Shown here in pieces: positions 1 to 8,553 of a stretch of DNA of 32,733 bases. Origin of the DNA: Selenomonadaceae bacterium UBA3796 (lineage in GTDB: Bacteria > Bacillota > Negativicutes > Selenomonadales > Selenomonadaceae); contig DFES01000196.1 in assembly GCA_002369175.1 (NCBI GenBank), forward strand, positions 1 through 32,733, given 5' to 3'. Position 1 is the stretch's first letter. Each line of letters opens with the position of its first letter. Made by a program: the position numbers and the translations under genes. Under the pieces are notes generated by a model. That model had not been told where the DNA came from. It made no database searches and worked only from the letters and a program-made list of their open reading frames with translations.

Positions 1-524
1 GCGATGACAGGGATGCTCTTTGCGTCCGGTCTTTCCATAGAGCGGATTGTGCGGGTGGCCTCCAGACCATCCATGACAGGCATACGGATATCCATGAGGA
101 TAGCGTTGTAGTATCCTGCAGGGTGTTTTGAGAACATTTCCACGGCAAGCTGACCATTCTCTGCGCGTTCGGAGCGGATCTGCCGCATCTCCAGCAAAAC
201 CATCAGTATCTCTGCATTGACATCCATATCCTCCGCCATCAGCACCCTGCTGCCCTCCAGTCCTGCAGATGCCGGAGCGTCTTCCTCAGCGGTGCGCTCG
301 GGCGCCTTCGCCGCAGCATTCTCCCGCCGGGACATGGTGTCCTGCACACATTGGGTCAGGGTGTCGGCAAACAGCGGCTTGTGCAAGACGGCATCCACTC
401 CGGCCTTGACGGCCTCCTCCCGCACATCTTTCCAGTCGTAGTCTGTGAGCAGGATTTCCATGATGTCGTCGCCACGGATGCCGCGCAGCTCCTTTGAGGA
501 GTGCTGAAGGGAATCGCCACAAAT
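1..524 (-). pseudogene. C-terminal part of a hybrid sensor kinase/response regulator: the tail of one receiver domain plus a second receiver domain. It runs off the window at position 1 and is out of frame with the N-terminal part.
   Basis: My own translation of the minus-strand frame open from 524 to 1 reads ...SKELRGIRGDDIMEILLTDYDWKDVREEAVKAGVDAVLHKPLF..linker..RVLMAEDMDVNAEILMVLLEMRQIRSERAENGQLAVEMFSKHPAGYYNAILMDIRMPVMDGLEATRTIRSMERPDAKSIPVI. The second block has a CheY-like receiver signature (LMDIRMPxMDG). The frame is closed upstream by TGA at 525-527 and is offset by one nt from ORF 356..1498. Confidence 0.6.
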
Positions 525-1498
525 TCAAGCTGCGCATTTTCCGCGCTGTAGGAAGCCAGATGCAGAACGTCCTTCAGCGCGCCGGTCAGTTCTCCGGTAG
601 TTGGATCCTGCGCACAGAAAGCGAGGTAATCGTCCCGGTAGCCTACCCGGATTGGCCCGTGTCCGGCAAGCCAGTGCAACTCACTCGGGGTGAGAAACAA
701 CTCATTCCCAGAGCAGCTGATATACTTGCTGTAAAGATTCTGTATGTAATAAACGTTATCCTCCTTAATCTGGCTCATAGCAAAATCCAGCTCCGACAAA
801 AGCTCCGGCCGGGTCTTGCTCACCGCGAAGAAAAAGTCGGACGAACCGATTCTGCATACCGGCATCATGTCGTAGTGTCTGTCGAAGGTGTGGATGGAAA
901 CAAGTGCGTCAAACGCTCCCCGGTTCAGCATGGAGACAGATTCATCCTCGCTCCCTGTCAACCCTACGACCTCCACCTGAAGATTCTTCTTTTTTGCCCA
1001 GTCCAGGAACAGGGATTCCTGCAAACTGCCCTTGTTGACACCGACGCGCTTGCCGTTGAAGGAGCTAAAATCTTCGGGATGGATACCACTTTCGCTGTTC
1101 AGCGCGACAAAGACAAAGTATTCCTCCGTGCCCATGGGCAGTTCGGAGAACAGCATACTCACCGCACGCTCGTCGGTATAGGAGATGTCGCTCATCAGGT
1201 CGATCTCTCCATCCATCAGCATCTGGATCAGTTCCGGCCAGCTTCCCTCCACATACTCGTAGTTCCAGCCGGTATAGGCGGCGATCTTCTGCTGGTATTC
1301 ATATGTGTAGCCCGAACGGCGGCCAAATTCGTCCGTCTGATTAAATGGCGATTCATACCAGCCCACACGCACAGTCTTGGCATTTTCCTGAGCATGAGCA
1401 GTGAACGTCAACATAAACAGAGCCGACAAGATGACGCACACCAGGAGAGCTCCCACTCGTCCTGCAGCATTGCATGTTATTTTAAACTTTTTCAACAC
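356..1498 (-). pseudogene. N-terminal part of the same sensor: signal peptide, one complete and one truncated periplasmic solute-binding (SBP family 3-like) domain, then a frameshifted nonsense tail.
   Basis: ORF track 380 aa. The N-terminus MLKKFKITCNAAGRVGALLVCVILSALFMLTFTAHA is signal-peptide-like. VRVGWYESPFNQ...YTGWNYEYVEGSWPELIQMLMDGEIDLMSD...GKRVGVNKGS is typical of SBP_bac_3 sensor domains. A second repeat starts at GPIRVGYRDDYLAF and stops making sense after ...LEFVAIPFSTPQ. GTG/TTG start. Confidence 0.55.
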
Positions 1499-1663
1499 AT
1501 CGCATCATTCCATTTCGCATGAGTGCAGCAGCCTCTTCGATTCTTTCCTACGTCCCACGAGCATACCGTTCTGCGACAGATTTCGACACGAGGTGAGGAA
1601 TTTCCTGCCCAGTGAAGCATTTCATTGATACCTACAGTCTGTTCCCCATCATCTTTTGCACAT

Positions 1664-1691
1664 AAAAAAGAGCCTTGCATACACAAGACTC
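1664..1691 (-). terminator. Rho-independent terminator of the tRNA operon
   Basis: The minus-strand RNA reads GAGUCUUG-UGUAUG-CAAGGCUC (8-bp stem with one G.U) followed by UUUUUUA. It lies 14 nt downstream of the tRNA-Tyr 3' end. Confidence 0.7.
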
Positions 1692-1704
1692 TCATTTCTT
1701 CAAG

Positions 1705-1790
1705 TGGTGGGCAGGGATGGATTCGAACCATCGTAATCCGAAGATGACAGATTTACAGTCTGTTGCCTTTAACCACTCGGCCACCTACCC
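1705..1790 (-). tRNA. tRNA-Tyr (anticodon GTA), class II with long variable arm, CCA encoded
   Basis: The reverse complement is GGGTAGGTGGCCGAGTGGTTAAAGGCAACAGACTGTAAATCTGTCATCTTCGGATTACGATGGTTCGAATCCATCCCTGCCCACCA. The 7-bp acceptor stem has one G.T, the anticodon stem-loop is ACAGA-CTGTAAA-TCTGT, and the T arm is GATGG-TTCGAAT-CCATC. Confidence 0.9.
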
Positions 1791-1794
1791 ATTA

Positions 1795-1872
1795 TGGTGA
1801 CCCAGGAGGGACTCGAACCCCCGACCCTTTGATTCGTAGTCAAATACTCTAATCCAACTGAGCTACTGAGTC
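1795..1872 (-). tRNA. tRNA-Arg (anticodon ACG), CCA encoded
   Basis: The reverse complement is GACTCAGTAGCTCAGTTGGATTAGAGTATTTGACTACGAATCAAAGGGTCGGGGGTTCGAGTCCCTCCTGGGTCACCA. The anticodon stem-loop is TTTGA-CTACGAA-TCAAA, and the cloverleaf folds by hand. Confidence 0.9.
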
Positions 1873-1892
1873 ACAAAGCGATATATTGTTTT

Positions 1893-1969
1893 TGGTGGGC
1901 CCACTTGGACTTGAACCAAGGACCGACCGGTTATGAGCCGGTTGCTCTAACCAACTGAGCTATAGGCCC
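1893..1969 (-). tRNA. tRNA with CAT anticodon: elongator Met or Ile2 (lysidine-modified). Not an initiator.
   Basis: The reverse complement is GGGCCTATAGCTCAGTTGGTTAGAGCAACCGGCTCATAACCGGTCGGTCCTTGGTTCAAGTCCAAGTGGGCCCACCA. The 1-72 pair is G-C and there are no three G-C pairs at the base of the anticodon stem, so it is not tRNA-fMet. The Ile-like body (GGTC variable loop, TTCAAGTCC T-loop) slightly favours Ile2, but I cannot discriminate by eye. Confidence 0.85.
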
Positions 1970-2010
1970 ATAGATTTATGGAATCCGCCCAAAAGCGGCA
2001 CCATGCGATA

Positions 2011-2085
2011 TGGAGCGGAAAACGAGGCTCGAACTCGCGACCCCCACCTTGGCAAGGTGGTGCTCTACCACTGAGCTATTTCCGC
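2011..2085 (-). tRNA. tRNA-Gly (anticodon GCC), copy 1, CCA encoded
   Basis: The reverse complement is GCGGAAATAGCTCAGTGGTAGAGCACCACCTTGCCAAGGTGGGGGTCGCGAGTTCGAGCCTCGTTTTCCGCTCCA, with anticodon loop TTGCCAA. Confidence 0.92.
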
Positions 2086-2089
2086 AATA

Positions 2090-2164
2090 TGGAGCGGAAA
2101 ACGAGGCTCGAACTCGCGACCCCCACCTTGGCAAGGTGGTGCTCTACCACTGAGCTATTTCCGC
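2090..2164 (-). tRNA. tRNA-Gly (anticodon GCC), copy 2, identical to copy 1
   Basis: Its 75 nt are identical to 2011..2085. The two copies are separated by only 4 nt (tandem 79-nt duplication unit). Confidence 0.92.
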
Positions 2165-2207
2165 ATTCCGCCGCCACCGAAGATGCCCCCGCTGACTGAC
2201 AAAATAT

Positions 2208-2236
2208 ATTTTATCCATTTGCTGCATGTTTGTCAA
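2208..2236 (-). promoter_or_regulatory. Sigma-70 type promoter of the tRNA operon, with an A-rich UP-like element upstream
   Basis: The minus strand reads TTGACA (2236-2231), a 17-nt spacer, then TAAAAT (2213-2208). It is preceded by AAAAAAATAAAATAAAAAAAT. The first tRNA starts about 44 nt downstream. Confidence 0.75.
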
Positions 2237-2244
2237 GCATTTTT

Positions 2245-5200
2245 TTATTTTATTTTTTTGTCCTGCAAATCCTCTTTTCTCCATTCCTCGCGAATACGGG
2301 CTGCCGACTCCATCACCCGCATCAGAAGATCCGATCGCATCTTCCCCACAGAGTGTCCATCCCATTCCTGCCCAACGGATAAAATGCCCAAACGGTGCAG
2401 ATTTTCCGCCATCCGGTCGATGGCGTTCTCAGGAGAACGATAAAATTCGCTCCCACGAAGGCGCAGGAAGACCCACCCCAGACGCTCCAGTACGGCCTGT
2501 TTCCGCTGTTCTTCCAAAAACTGCTTTTCATCCACGTCTCCATCCTCGCCCTCGCAGACAATGGCCGCCCTTTTCTCCTGAAAAATCACTGCCGTATGGA
2601 TGCGATAGGATCCCACCGGCCATTGTTCCTCCACGTGGAAATCTCTCCGCCGAAGGGCTTCCGCCACCTCGCGGTTGAATGAGGGAACGAGGTGTCTTTC
2701 TTCCTCCTCAGGCTCCCCATGCTCCTCCGGGGATGCCGCATACTCAAGCAGCCCCCTGCGGATATCGCTGTAAGCCAAGTCCCCTGTTCCGACGGAATGA
2801 ATGACCCATAGCTGGTCACGGGCACGGCTGGCCGCAACATTGTAGCTGCGTTTGACAACATCGCCTCTGCCAAGCTCCCTGACCGAGTTCTTGTCATCGA
2901 CCAGGGAAAGGAACACCACATCCCTCTCATCTCCCTGGAAGGTCACAGGGCTGCCGCAGAGGAAATTCCTGTCCTCCAGACAGGGAATGCCCACACGGCG
3001 CAGGGCAATTTCCCGAATCAGGCGCCCCTGTTCCTCTCCCTGCATCGCAATTGCGCCGAAGGTCTTCCCTTCATACTCCGGCTGCTCCATGCAGGCCATC
3101 ATGAGCACGACGATTTCCTCCGCTTCCCGCCAGTTCACTTCCCGTTCCCTGTCCCTCAGCCCATCCACCTCGTAGGAAACCACAGGCTTTAAGAGGCTGC
3201 CGCTGGATTCCCTGAGGGGCTGTATGAGGTTGTCATAGACAAGCTGGTTGGAATAACCGATGATTTCAGGAACCGAACGGAAATGCTCCTTGAGCATGCG
3301 TGTCTCGAAGCGCATGCGGGCAGCATCGTAAAGAGATGCCTCCACCTCGTAGGGGGCAATGCTTTCCTGCAGGAAAGCTGCTGCCTCCCCCTTCAAAGAG
3401 ATTCCCTCGGGAGCCACTTGCTTGTCATCCCCCACGATAATGACCTTGTGCCCGAAATAAAGAAGGGGCAGCGCCGTGATATCCGCCTGGCTTGCTTCAT
3501 CTACGATGATGACATCAAATTTGCGGCTCTCCGGCCGCAGTGTCTCCCAAACCCTGTCCAACGGCATGATCCATGCCGGTATGATGGGCTGAAGCTCCGT
3601 TATCTGCTTCCGCAGTGTGCGGGCGCGGCGAGAGCTGCTCCGACTTCCGTTCTTGTTCGCCCGTTTCATCTCCTTGTACCATCCCATGAGATTCGCCCGC
3701 CGGTCACCGTCCTGCAGTTCCCGCAAAAGATGCTGCCAGGCGAGTTTCTCCACCAGTGCGGCCGTGATGGATAAAAGCCGTGCAATCCCCTGATGCAAGA
3801 TTTCCTCATTCCCGCCCCCATCCAAACGCGCCTTGTCCAATTGCTGGACGAACTGGCGGCATTTCCACGCCTCCTCCAATTCTTCGGGAACCTCCTGCAT
3901 ACCGGAGATCCCGCGCTGGCATGCGATAGCAGCCGCCCAATCCGGGGCAGCATGCGCAAGTCTCGCCAGGAGTCCCGTGCGCTCCTTGAACTTGTCCTCC
4001 AGGCTTTCATAATGGAGCAGCTTGTCATATTCCCTGCGATAAGCTGCGCTCTTCCGCCCTTGCAGGGCAGCTGCCATTCTCTTGGAGAGTTGGGAACGCC
4101 GCTCCGACAGTTCCGCGATCCGCCGATGAAAATTCTTCATCAGTGCCTGTTTCTCAATACATTCCAGACGGATCAACGCTGCACACTGGGGCCAGGACTC
4201 CTGCAGCCAATGGATTTCCATTGCCATCTGCTGCCTGGGCGTCATGAAGCGCTCATCCTCCGGCAGTATTTTCTCCAGAATCACCCCCGCCTGACGCAGA
4301 TGCTCCCAAAAAGAATCCCTGCGTTTATCGTACCAATCCAGGCAATACCTTATCTGTTCCCATCGCGCACGGCAGATATCATCCGCATCATCCTCCGACT
4401 TCCACAGTTCCTCATAGGCCATCTCTCCGCAATGGGTGAGAAGCTGATCCCACTCCAGCCCCACCTTCCTCCGCATCTGTTCCAAACGAAGATACTTCCG
4501 GACCAGTTCACAGTCCCCGGCATTTCGGATGCCGTGCCCGTCCACGCGGATTCGCCGGGAGAGCTTCCTCCATCTGCTGCGGAATAATTTCTGAAAAAGG
4601 GACATACTTCCCTGGGCTTCCAGCGCCAGCCGCATATCCGCAAGGTCTTCCAAGGCTCGATCATCTGTCAGGAATTCCTCGGGACACTCCACTTTATGCC
4701 CCAGCAAAGGAACCAACGCCTCATCCTTGAGAATCTGCACCCTCTCGATGTCCTTTCCCATCTGTTCCCATGCTTTCCTCGCCGTGCCCGCCTGCCTGCC
4801 GGCCAATACGGCCTCCCTTGCCCACACGGAATCCATCCAGACGAAATCCATCTGCCGATAATCTGCTTCCGCTGCAAGAAAAGCATCTGCCTGAAACTCC
4901 GTCACGATTTGCTCATGCCGGTAAAGAACCTGTTCTTCTTCCACGGACCAATCCGGCAGTTCCTGAAGGAGTCCTCTTTCACGCTCCCCCAGAAGATCCT
5001 GCTGCCGGAAAAGGGCTTCCACATCGTCGGGCGCGAGAATCCTTCCGCTCTTTGGCAGATTTTCGGCCATTTCCTTCAGATCCTGCCGGGTAAAAATTCC
5101 ATTACTGCCATAGAGCAGGGAAAGTTCTTCCCTGCCCAGCGGGATCTCCTTTCCCTCTTCGATTCTTCCGGGAATGATTTCCAGCAGGCGTTCATGCCCA

Positions 5201-6732
5201 TGAAGGAAACGTGCCATACCGGATAGGGAATAAGCTTCCCCTCCAAAGACAAAGAAGTCCTTTTTCTTCTCCAGCTTATGAATGCGGAGAACCTGATCCC
5301 GATGAGCCCGGATATCCCGCCGCGCTTCTTCCCTGCTCCGGCGCAGAGCCTCGGCCTCCTGTTCCATATCCTCCGGGGTGACCCCGCCCAGCATATCGCA
5401 GATGCCGGCCACAGAACGATCCATGTCGCCATAGGAATTCTCCAAAAGGGACACGCAGAGGCTTTGAATCCCCTCCGGAAGCTTGTCCTTGAGAATGCTC
5501 AGTGCCTTTCGTGTGGAGCTCGTCACCAGCACATGCTTGCCCTGAGCGAGAAAATGTCCCAGCAAATTGGCGATGGTATGGGTCTTCCCCGTACCGGGAG
5601 GACCTTGTACCACAACAGCGGAAGCCCCGTCCAGCTTCCGTACAATTCCCATCTGTTCCGCATTGGCCGCCTTGGCCAGCAGGATATCCGCTGCTTCTCC
5701 GCGCACATCCGCCAAAGTTTCCTCAGAGGCAGCCCCTTTTCCTCCCTGCTGCTTTTCTTCCACCATATCAAGAAGCGGCAGCGGCGCATCCCCATTTTCC
5801 CCCATACGCTCCATAATGGCGGATACCAGCTTCTCATTGCCGGGATCCCTCCGGCGCAAAAAAAGCACGGGACGCTCGTAAAGGATGTACTTATCCGTTG
5901 GAAGAACCTGCAGGCCTTTCGCCGAATACCGGCACTTCCCCCCCAGGGAGGCCGCCATGTCCTTAAGCAGCCGCTCCCCCAGATCCCTCTGCAGGGGATG
6001 CACACCGGATGCCATGACCTTCCTCTGGAGGACGCGCAAAGCATCCTCCGTGATATCCTCCTGCCCCATGAAAATTTCCCGGTAGAATTCCATCTCTTCC
6101 TGGGCATCAAGGATCTGCATGCGCCCATTTCCGCTGTAACGTATGTATACTCGTTTCAGCAACGCGGGATGATTTCGCCCGGAATCCGCCCCGCCGAAAA
6201 AAAATCCGTTGCCGGCAACCAGCTCTACCTTTTCGGCATGTTGACGGCAATGTTCATATACGCGGTAAAGGTCATCAAAAAGCTTCTGTTCCTCCTGTTT
6301 CCTCCGCTCCTCATTGCGCCATTTCGTCCGTTCCTTCCGCCAGTTCTGGAACTCCCGCACACGGCGTTCACTGTCATGGAAGCGCATGACAACCTGTCCC
6401 ATCTGCTCTGTGACCCTCGTCAGCCTGGAATGGGGCTCCACATCATCCACATGAAAATCTTCCCAATGCGGTGTTGCCAGCCAGCCCGCAAGGGAATCCG
6501 GCAGAGACGGGCAGGACAGATGCTGCGGACGGCCTACATCCAGAAGAATGCCGTTTCCATCTTCATTCTTTCCGGCAGGAATTCCTCCCCTTCCCATATC
6601 CATCTCCGGATTGTCCAGATAGCGAACCCACTCCTGCTCCCGGATATCTGTGACAACTTTGTGCTGTGCCGCACAGACCCCTCGGATGCCATCCAGGAGA
6701 GCCAATACCTTTTCCTGTCTATCCTGGCTCAT
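2245..6732 (-). CDS. Large SF1 (Upf1/DNA2-like, AAA_11/AAA_12-type) helicase with an N-terminal DUF4011-like region, a long coiled-coil insertion and a C-terminal Vsr/DUF559-like restriction-endonuclease-fold domain
   Basis: 1495 aa ORF. Walker A is VVVQGPPGTGKTHTIANLL, motif II is VIIVDEASQ and motif III is IIVGDDKQVAPE. The C-terminal helicase motifs are FRSVPEIIGYSN, TFQGDERDVVFLS and YNVAASRARDQLWV. The C-terminal block FNREVAEALRRRDFHVEEQWPVGSYRIHTAVIFQEKRAAIVCEGEDGD...RKQAVLERLGWVFLRLRGSEFYRSPE resembles DUF559/Vsr-like domains. Confidence 0.85.
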   Translation of the reverse strand: MSQDRQEKVLALLDGIRGVCAAQHKVVTDIREQEWVRYLDNPEMDMGRGGIPAGKNEDGNGILLDVGRPQHLSCPSLPDSLAGWLATPHWEDFHVDDVEPHSRLTRVTEQMGQVVMRFHDSERRVREFQNWRKERTKWRNEERRKQEEQKLFDDLYRVYEHCRQHAEKVELVAGNGFFFGGADSGRNHPALLKRVYIRYSGNGRMQILDAQEEMEFYREIFMGQEDITEDALRVLQRKVMASGVHPLQRDLGERLLKDMAASLGGKCRYSAKGLQVLPTDKYILYERPVLFLRRRDPGNEKLVSAIMERMGENGDAPLPLLDMVEEKQQGGKGAASEETLADVRGEAADILLAKAANAEQMGIVRKLDGASAVVVQGPPGTGKTHTIANLLGHFLAQGKHVLVTSSTRKALSILKDKLPEGIQSLCVSLLENSYGDMDRSVAGICDMLGGVTPEDMEQEAEALRRSREEARRDIRAHRDQVLRIHKLEKKKDFFVFGGEAYSLSGMARFLHGHERLLEIIPGRIEEGKEIPLGREELSLLYGSNGIFTRQDLKEMAENLPKSGRILAPDDVEALFRQQDLLGERERGLLQELPDWSVEEEQVLYRHEQIVTEFQADAFLAAEADYRQMDFVWMDSVWAREAVLAGRQAGTARKAWEQMGKDIERVQILKDEALVPLLGHKVECPEEFLTDDRALEDLADMRLALEAQGSMSLFQKLFRSRWRKLSRRIRVDGHGIRNAGDCELVRKYLRLEQMRRKVGLEWDQLLTHCGEMAYEELWKSEDDADDICRARWEQIRYCLDWYDKRRDSFWEHLRQAGVILEKILPEDERFMTPRQQMAMEIHWLQESWPQCAALIRLECIEKQALMKNFHRRIAELSERRSQLSKRMAAALQGRKSAAYRREYDKLLHYESLEDKFKERTGLLARLAHAAPDWAAAIACQRGISGMQEVPEELEEAWKCRQFVQQLDKARLDGGGNEEILHQGIARLLSITAALVEKLAWQHLLRELQDGDRRANLMGWYKEMKRANKNGSRSSSRRARTLRKQITELQPIIPAWIMPLDRVWETLRPESRKFDVIIVDEASQADITALPLLYFGHKVIIVGDDKQVAPEGISLKGEAAAFLQESIAPYEVEASLYDAARMRFETRMLKEHFRSVPEIIGYSNQLVYDNLIQPLRESSGSLLKPVVSYEVDGLRDREREVNWREAEEIVVLMMACMEQPEYEGKTFGAIAMQGEEQGRLIREIALRRVGIPCLEDRNFLCGSPVTFQGDERDVVFLSLVDDKNSVRELGRGDVVKRSYNVAASRARDQLWVIHSVGTGDLAYSDIRRGLLEYAASPEEHGEPEEEERHLVPSFNREVAEALRRRDFHVEEQWPVGSYRIHTAVIFQEKRAAIVCEGEDGDVDEKQFLEEQRKQAVLERLGWVFLRLRGSEFYRSPENAIDRMAENLHRLGILSVGQEWDGHSVGKMRSDLLMRVMESAARIREEWRKEDLQDKKIK

Positions 6733-8519
6733 TTGCCCTTCCCCTCTGCTTCTTTCCTGTTCTTTTGCTCCTGCAGTTCCTTCTGCTTCTTCGCTTCTTC
6801 CCTTTCCATTTTCTCTGCGGCCTTGGGGTCGATCTCCTTCAGGTATCTTCTGGGAATCGCTGTTTCAGAAGAAAGTTCGTGAAGCCTCCGATAAGCTTCC
6901 ATGGCTTCTTCCCGACGATTCATGTCATCATAGACCTCCGCCGTAAGAAGCCATGCGACTGCGCTCTTCGCGTCCATTTCCCGCGCTTTCGTGCAGTCTG
7001 CCAAAGCCTTTTCCATATCCCCCATCATGCGGTAAATATCCGCCCGGTTCAAATAATTGATGGGATTTTTGTCATCCATGGAAATTCCTCTGTCCGCATC
7101 CTGCAATGCAGCAGCAAAATCTCCGTCCACGGCCTTGGCGCGTCCTCGAATCACATAACACTCTGCCAAGTTATCCTGATGTTTGCTTGCCATGGCCCGC
7201 TCCATCTCAACCATGGCCAGGCCGCTATATCCGTAGTCACTGTAGGCATCGCTGTTGTAGCGGAGCCGCTCGGCAAGCTTCCTGTCTGCATCCAGTGCCT
7301 CCTGACGGATGTTATCCAGTTCCTTCTTCCGCAGTTCTGCCGCTTCCCGAAGCTTTTTCCTGACATCCGAACGTTGTTCTTTTTGATAGGCAGCCACAAC
7401 CATAGCTTCCAGCCGCCGGATCATGTCATCGCTCGCCACCATGCGCTTAAGGCAGCGATACACCCGTCCGCTCCCCAGAAAATCCATTGTTCCATTTCCG
7501 GCTCTCCGAAACTGCCAGCCGGAAACATCCTCATAATCATGGAACGCCTTGGCCAAGCCTCCTGCGATGTAATAAGCGTTCTCCCATGTATTGTCACGTT
7601 CTTCCCCTGTATCCGGCGCAGAAAGCAGAAGTTCTCCGTCAATGAGCACATCCCTTTTGTTTTCCACTGTCACATGGCCTGCACTGTACTCCGTCACCAT
7701 TTCCAGAAGCTTCTTCTCCCTTTCCGCCGTCTCCGGATGGTCGCTGTACTCGTCGTTCCTCTTCTTATCCTGGCTGTCAAATTCATACATATCCGTGGTC
7801 TCATAGCGCAGATAACGGCGCATGCGAGCCATGGCCGCTGCCGGCCCGCCCGGATTGAACCCCGCACTTGTCATGATGCGGAAGCCCTCCTCATCCGCCT
7901 CCATTTCCGTTGGCATCATGATATTTGTCGCTATGGAATACCCCACAAGACCGTTGAGCTTCTGCCAATCCACCCTGCCCGTCTCCACACCGACCATGGT
8001 GATGCCCATGGACTGGGCCACAGCTTGGGCATAGCTATAGGCGCTGTGCTGCTTGAGGCCATGCACCATTTCATGAGCCAGAACCGCCGCCAGGGCATCC
8101 TCATCCGAGTCCAGCCCCCGTACCAAAGCGCGGTTCACGCTGATGTAGTTCGTCGGGTAACAGGAAGCGTTGAACGAACTGCTGTCGTTTACCGCCCATA
8201 CAAAAGGAAGGGAATTCACCCGCATAGCGTAATCCCCCTTTGTGATCAGCTGCTCCATGATGCGGTTCACCAAGAGATCGTCCTGTACGTTCCGGTTCCG
8301 CCCGTTCTTCTGGAGATCCTGCCTGCGGCTGCTCATCTGTGCATGGACATTGTTGCCCACGCGCAGGATATCCGTCAGTGTTGACTTGTACGCACCATAG
8401 ATGCCAAGCGCCTGTGCAGCAGCCGCCCATGGATCCGTCGCCGCTGCGGCAGGAGCCGTCGGCAGCAGGCACAGTGCGCTCAGGGCAGCAGCAATCATCC
8501 ATTTTTTCCGCATACGCAT
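6729..8519 (-). CDS. Secreted M48-family Zn metalloprotease with C-terminal TPR repeats (BepA/YfgC-like architecture) and a Lys/Glu-rich tail
   Basis: The signal peptide is MRMRKKWMIAAALSALCLLPTAPAAAA. The HExxH motif is VLAHEMVHGLKQH, and the downstream M48 glutamate block is PTEMEADEEGFRIMTSAGFNPGG. TPR-like repeats include ECYVIRGRAKAVDGDFAAALQDADRGISMD, YLNRADIYRMMGDMEKALADCTKAREMD and WLLTAEVYDDMNRREEAMEAYRRL. An alternative start at 8513 has better SD spacing. Confidence 0.8.
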   Translation of the reverse strand: MRMRKKWMIAAALSALCLLPTAPAAAATDPWAAAAQALGIYGAYKSTLTDILRVGNNVHAQMSSRRQDLQKNGRNRNVQDDLLVNRIMEQLITKGDYAMRVNSLPFVWAVNDSSSFNASCYPTNYISVNRALVRGLDSDEDALAAVLAHEMVHGLKQHSAYSYAQAVAQSMGITMVGVETGRVDWQKLNGLVGYSIATNIMMPTEMEADEEGFRIMTSAGFNPGGPAAAMARMRRYLRYETTDMYEFDSQDKKRNDEYSDHPETAEREKKLLEMVTEYSAGHVTVENKRDVLIDGELLLSAPDTGEERDNTWENAYYIAGGLAKAFHDYEDVSGWQFRRAGNGTMDFLGSGRVYRCLKRMVASDDMIRRLEAMVVAAYQKEQRSDVRKKLREAAELRKKELDNIRQEALDADRKLAERLRYNSDAYSDYGYSGLAMVEMERAMASKHQDNLAECYVIRGRAKAVDGDFAAALQDADRGISMDDKNPINYLNRADIYRMMGDMEKALADCTKAREMDAKSAVAWLLTAEVYDDMNRREEAMEAYRRLHELSSETAIPRRYLKEIDPKAAEKMEREEAKKQKELQEQKNRKEAEGKGK

Positions 8520-8553
8520 TTCCCCTCAAAATTTTACAAAATTCATCACTTTC

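Noticed and set aside
5278-6882. Very long plus-strand ORFs antisense to real genes: 5278..6882 (534 aa), 6666..8384 (572 aa), 22870..24804 (644 aa), 15862..17304 (480 aa), 494..1522, 13318..14322, 28436..29452 and others.
   Set aside because: Each one I checked is in the codon-aligned antisense frame of the minus-strand gene (start coordinates are congruent modulo 3 with the sense codons: 5278 vs 6730, 6666 vs 8517, 22870 vs 23872 and 24772, 15862 vs 17107). In that frame, stops arise only opposite the sense codons TTA, CTA and TCA, which these C-ending-biased genes largely avoid. The translations are low-complexity (P/R/S/H/L-rich) with no motifs and no SD. The sense genes have clear family signatures.
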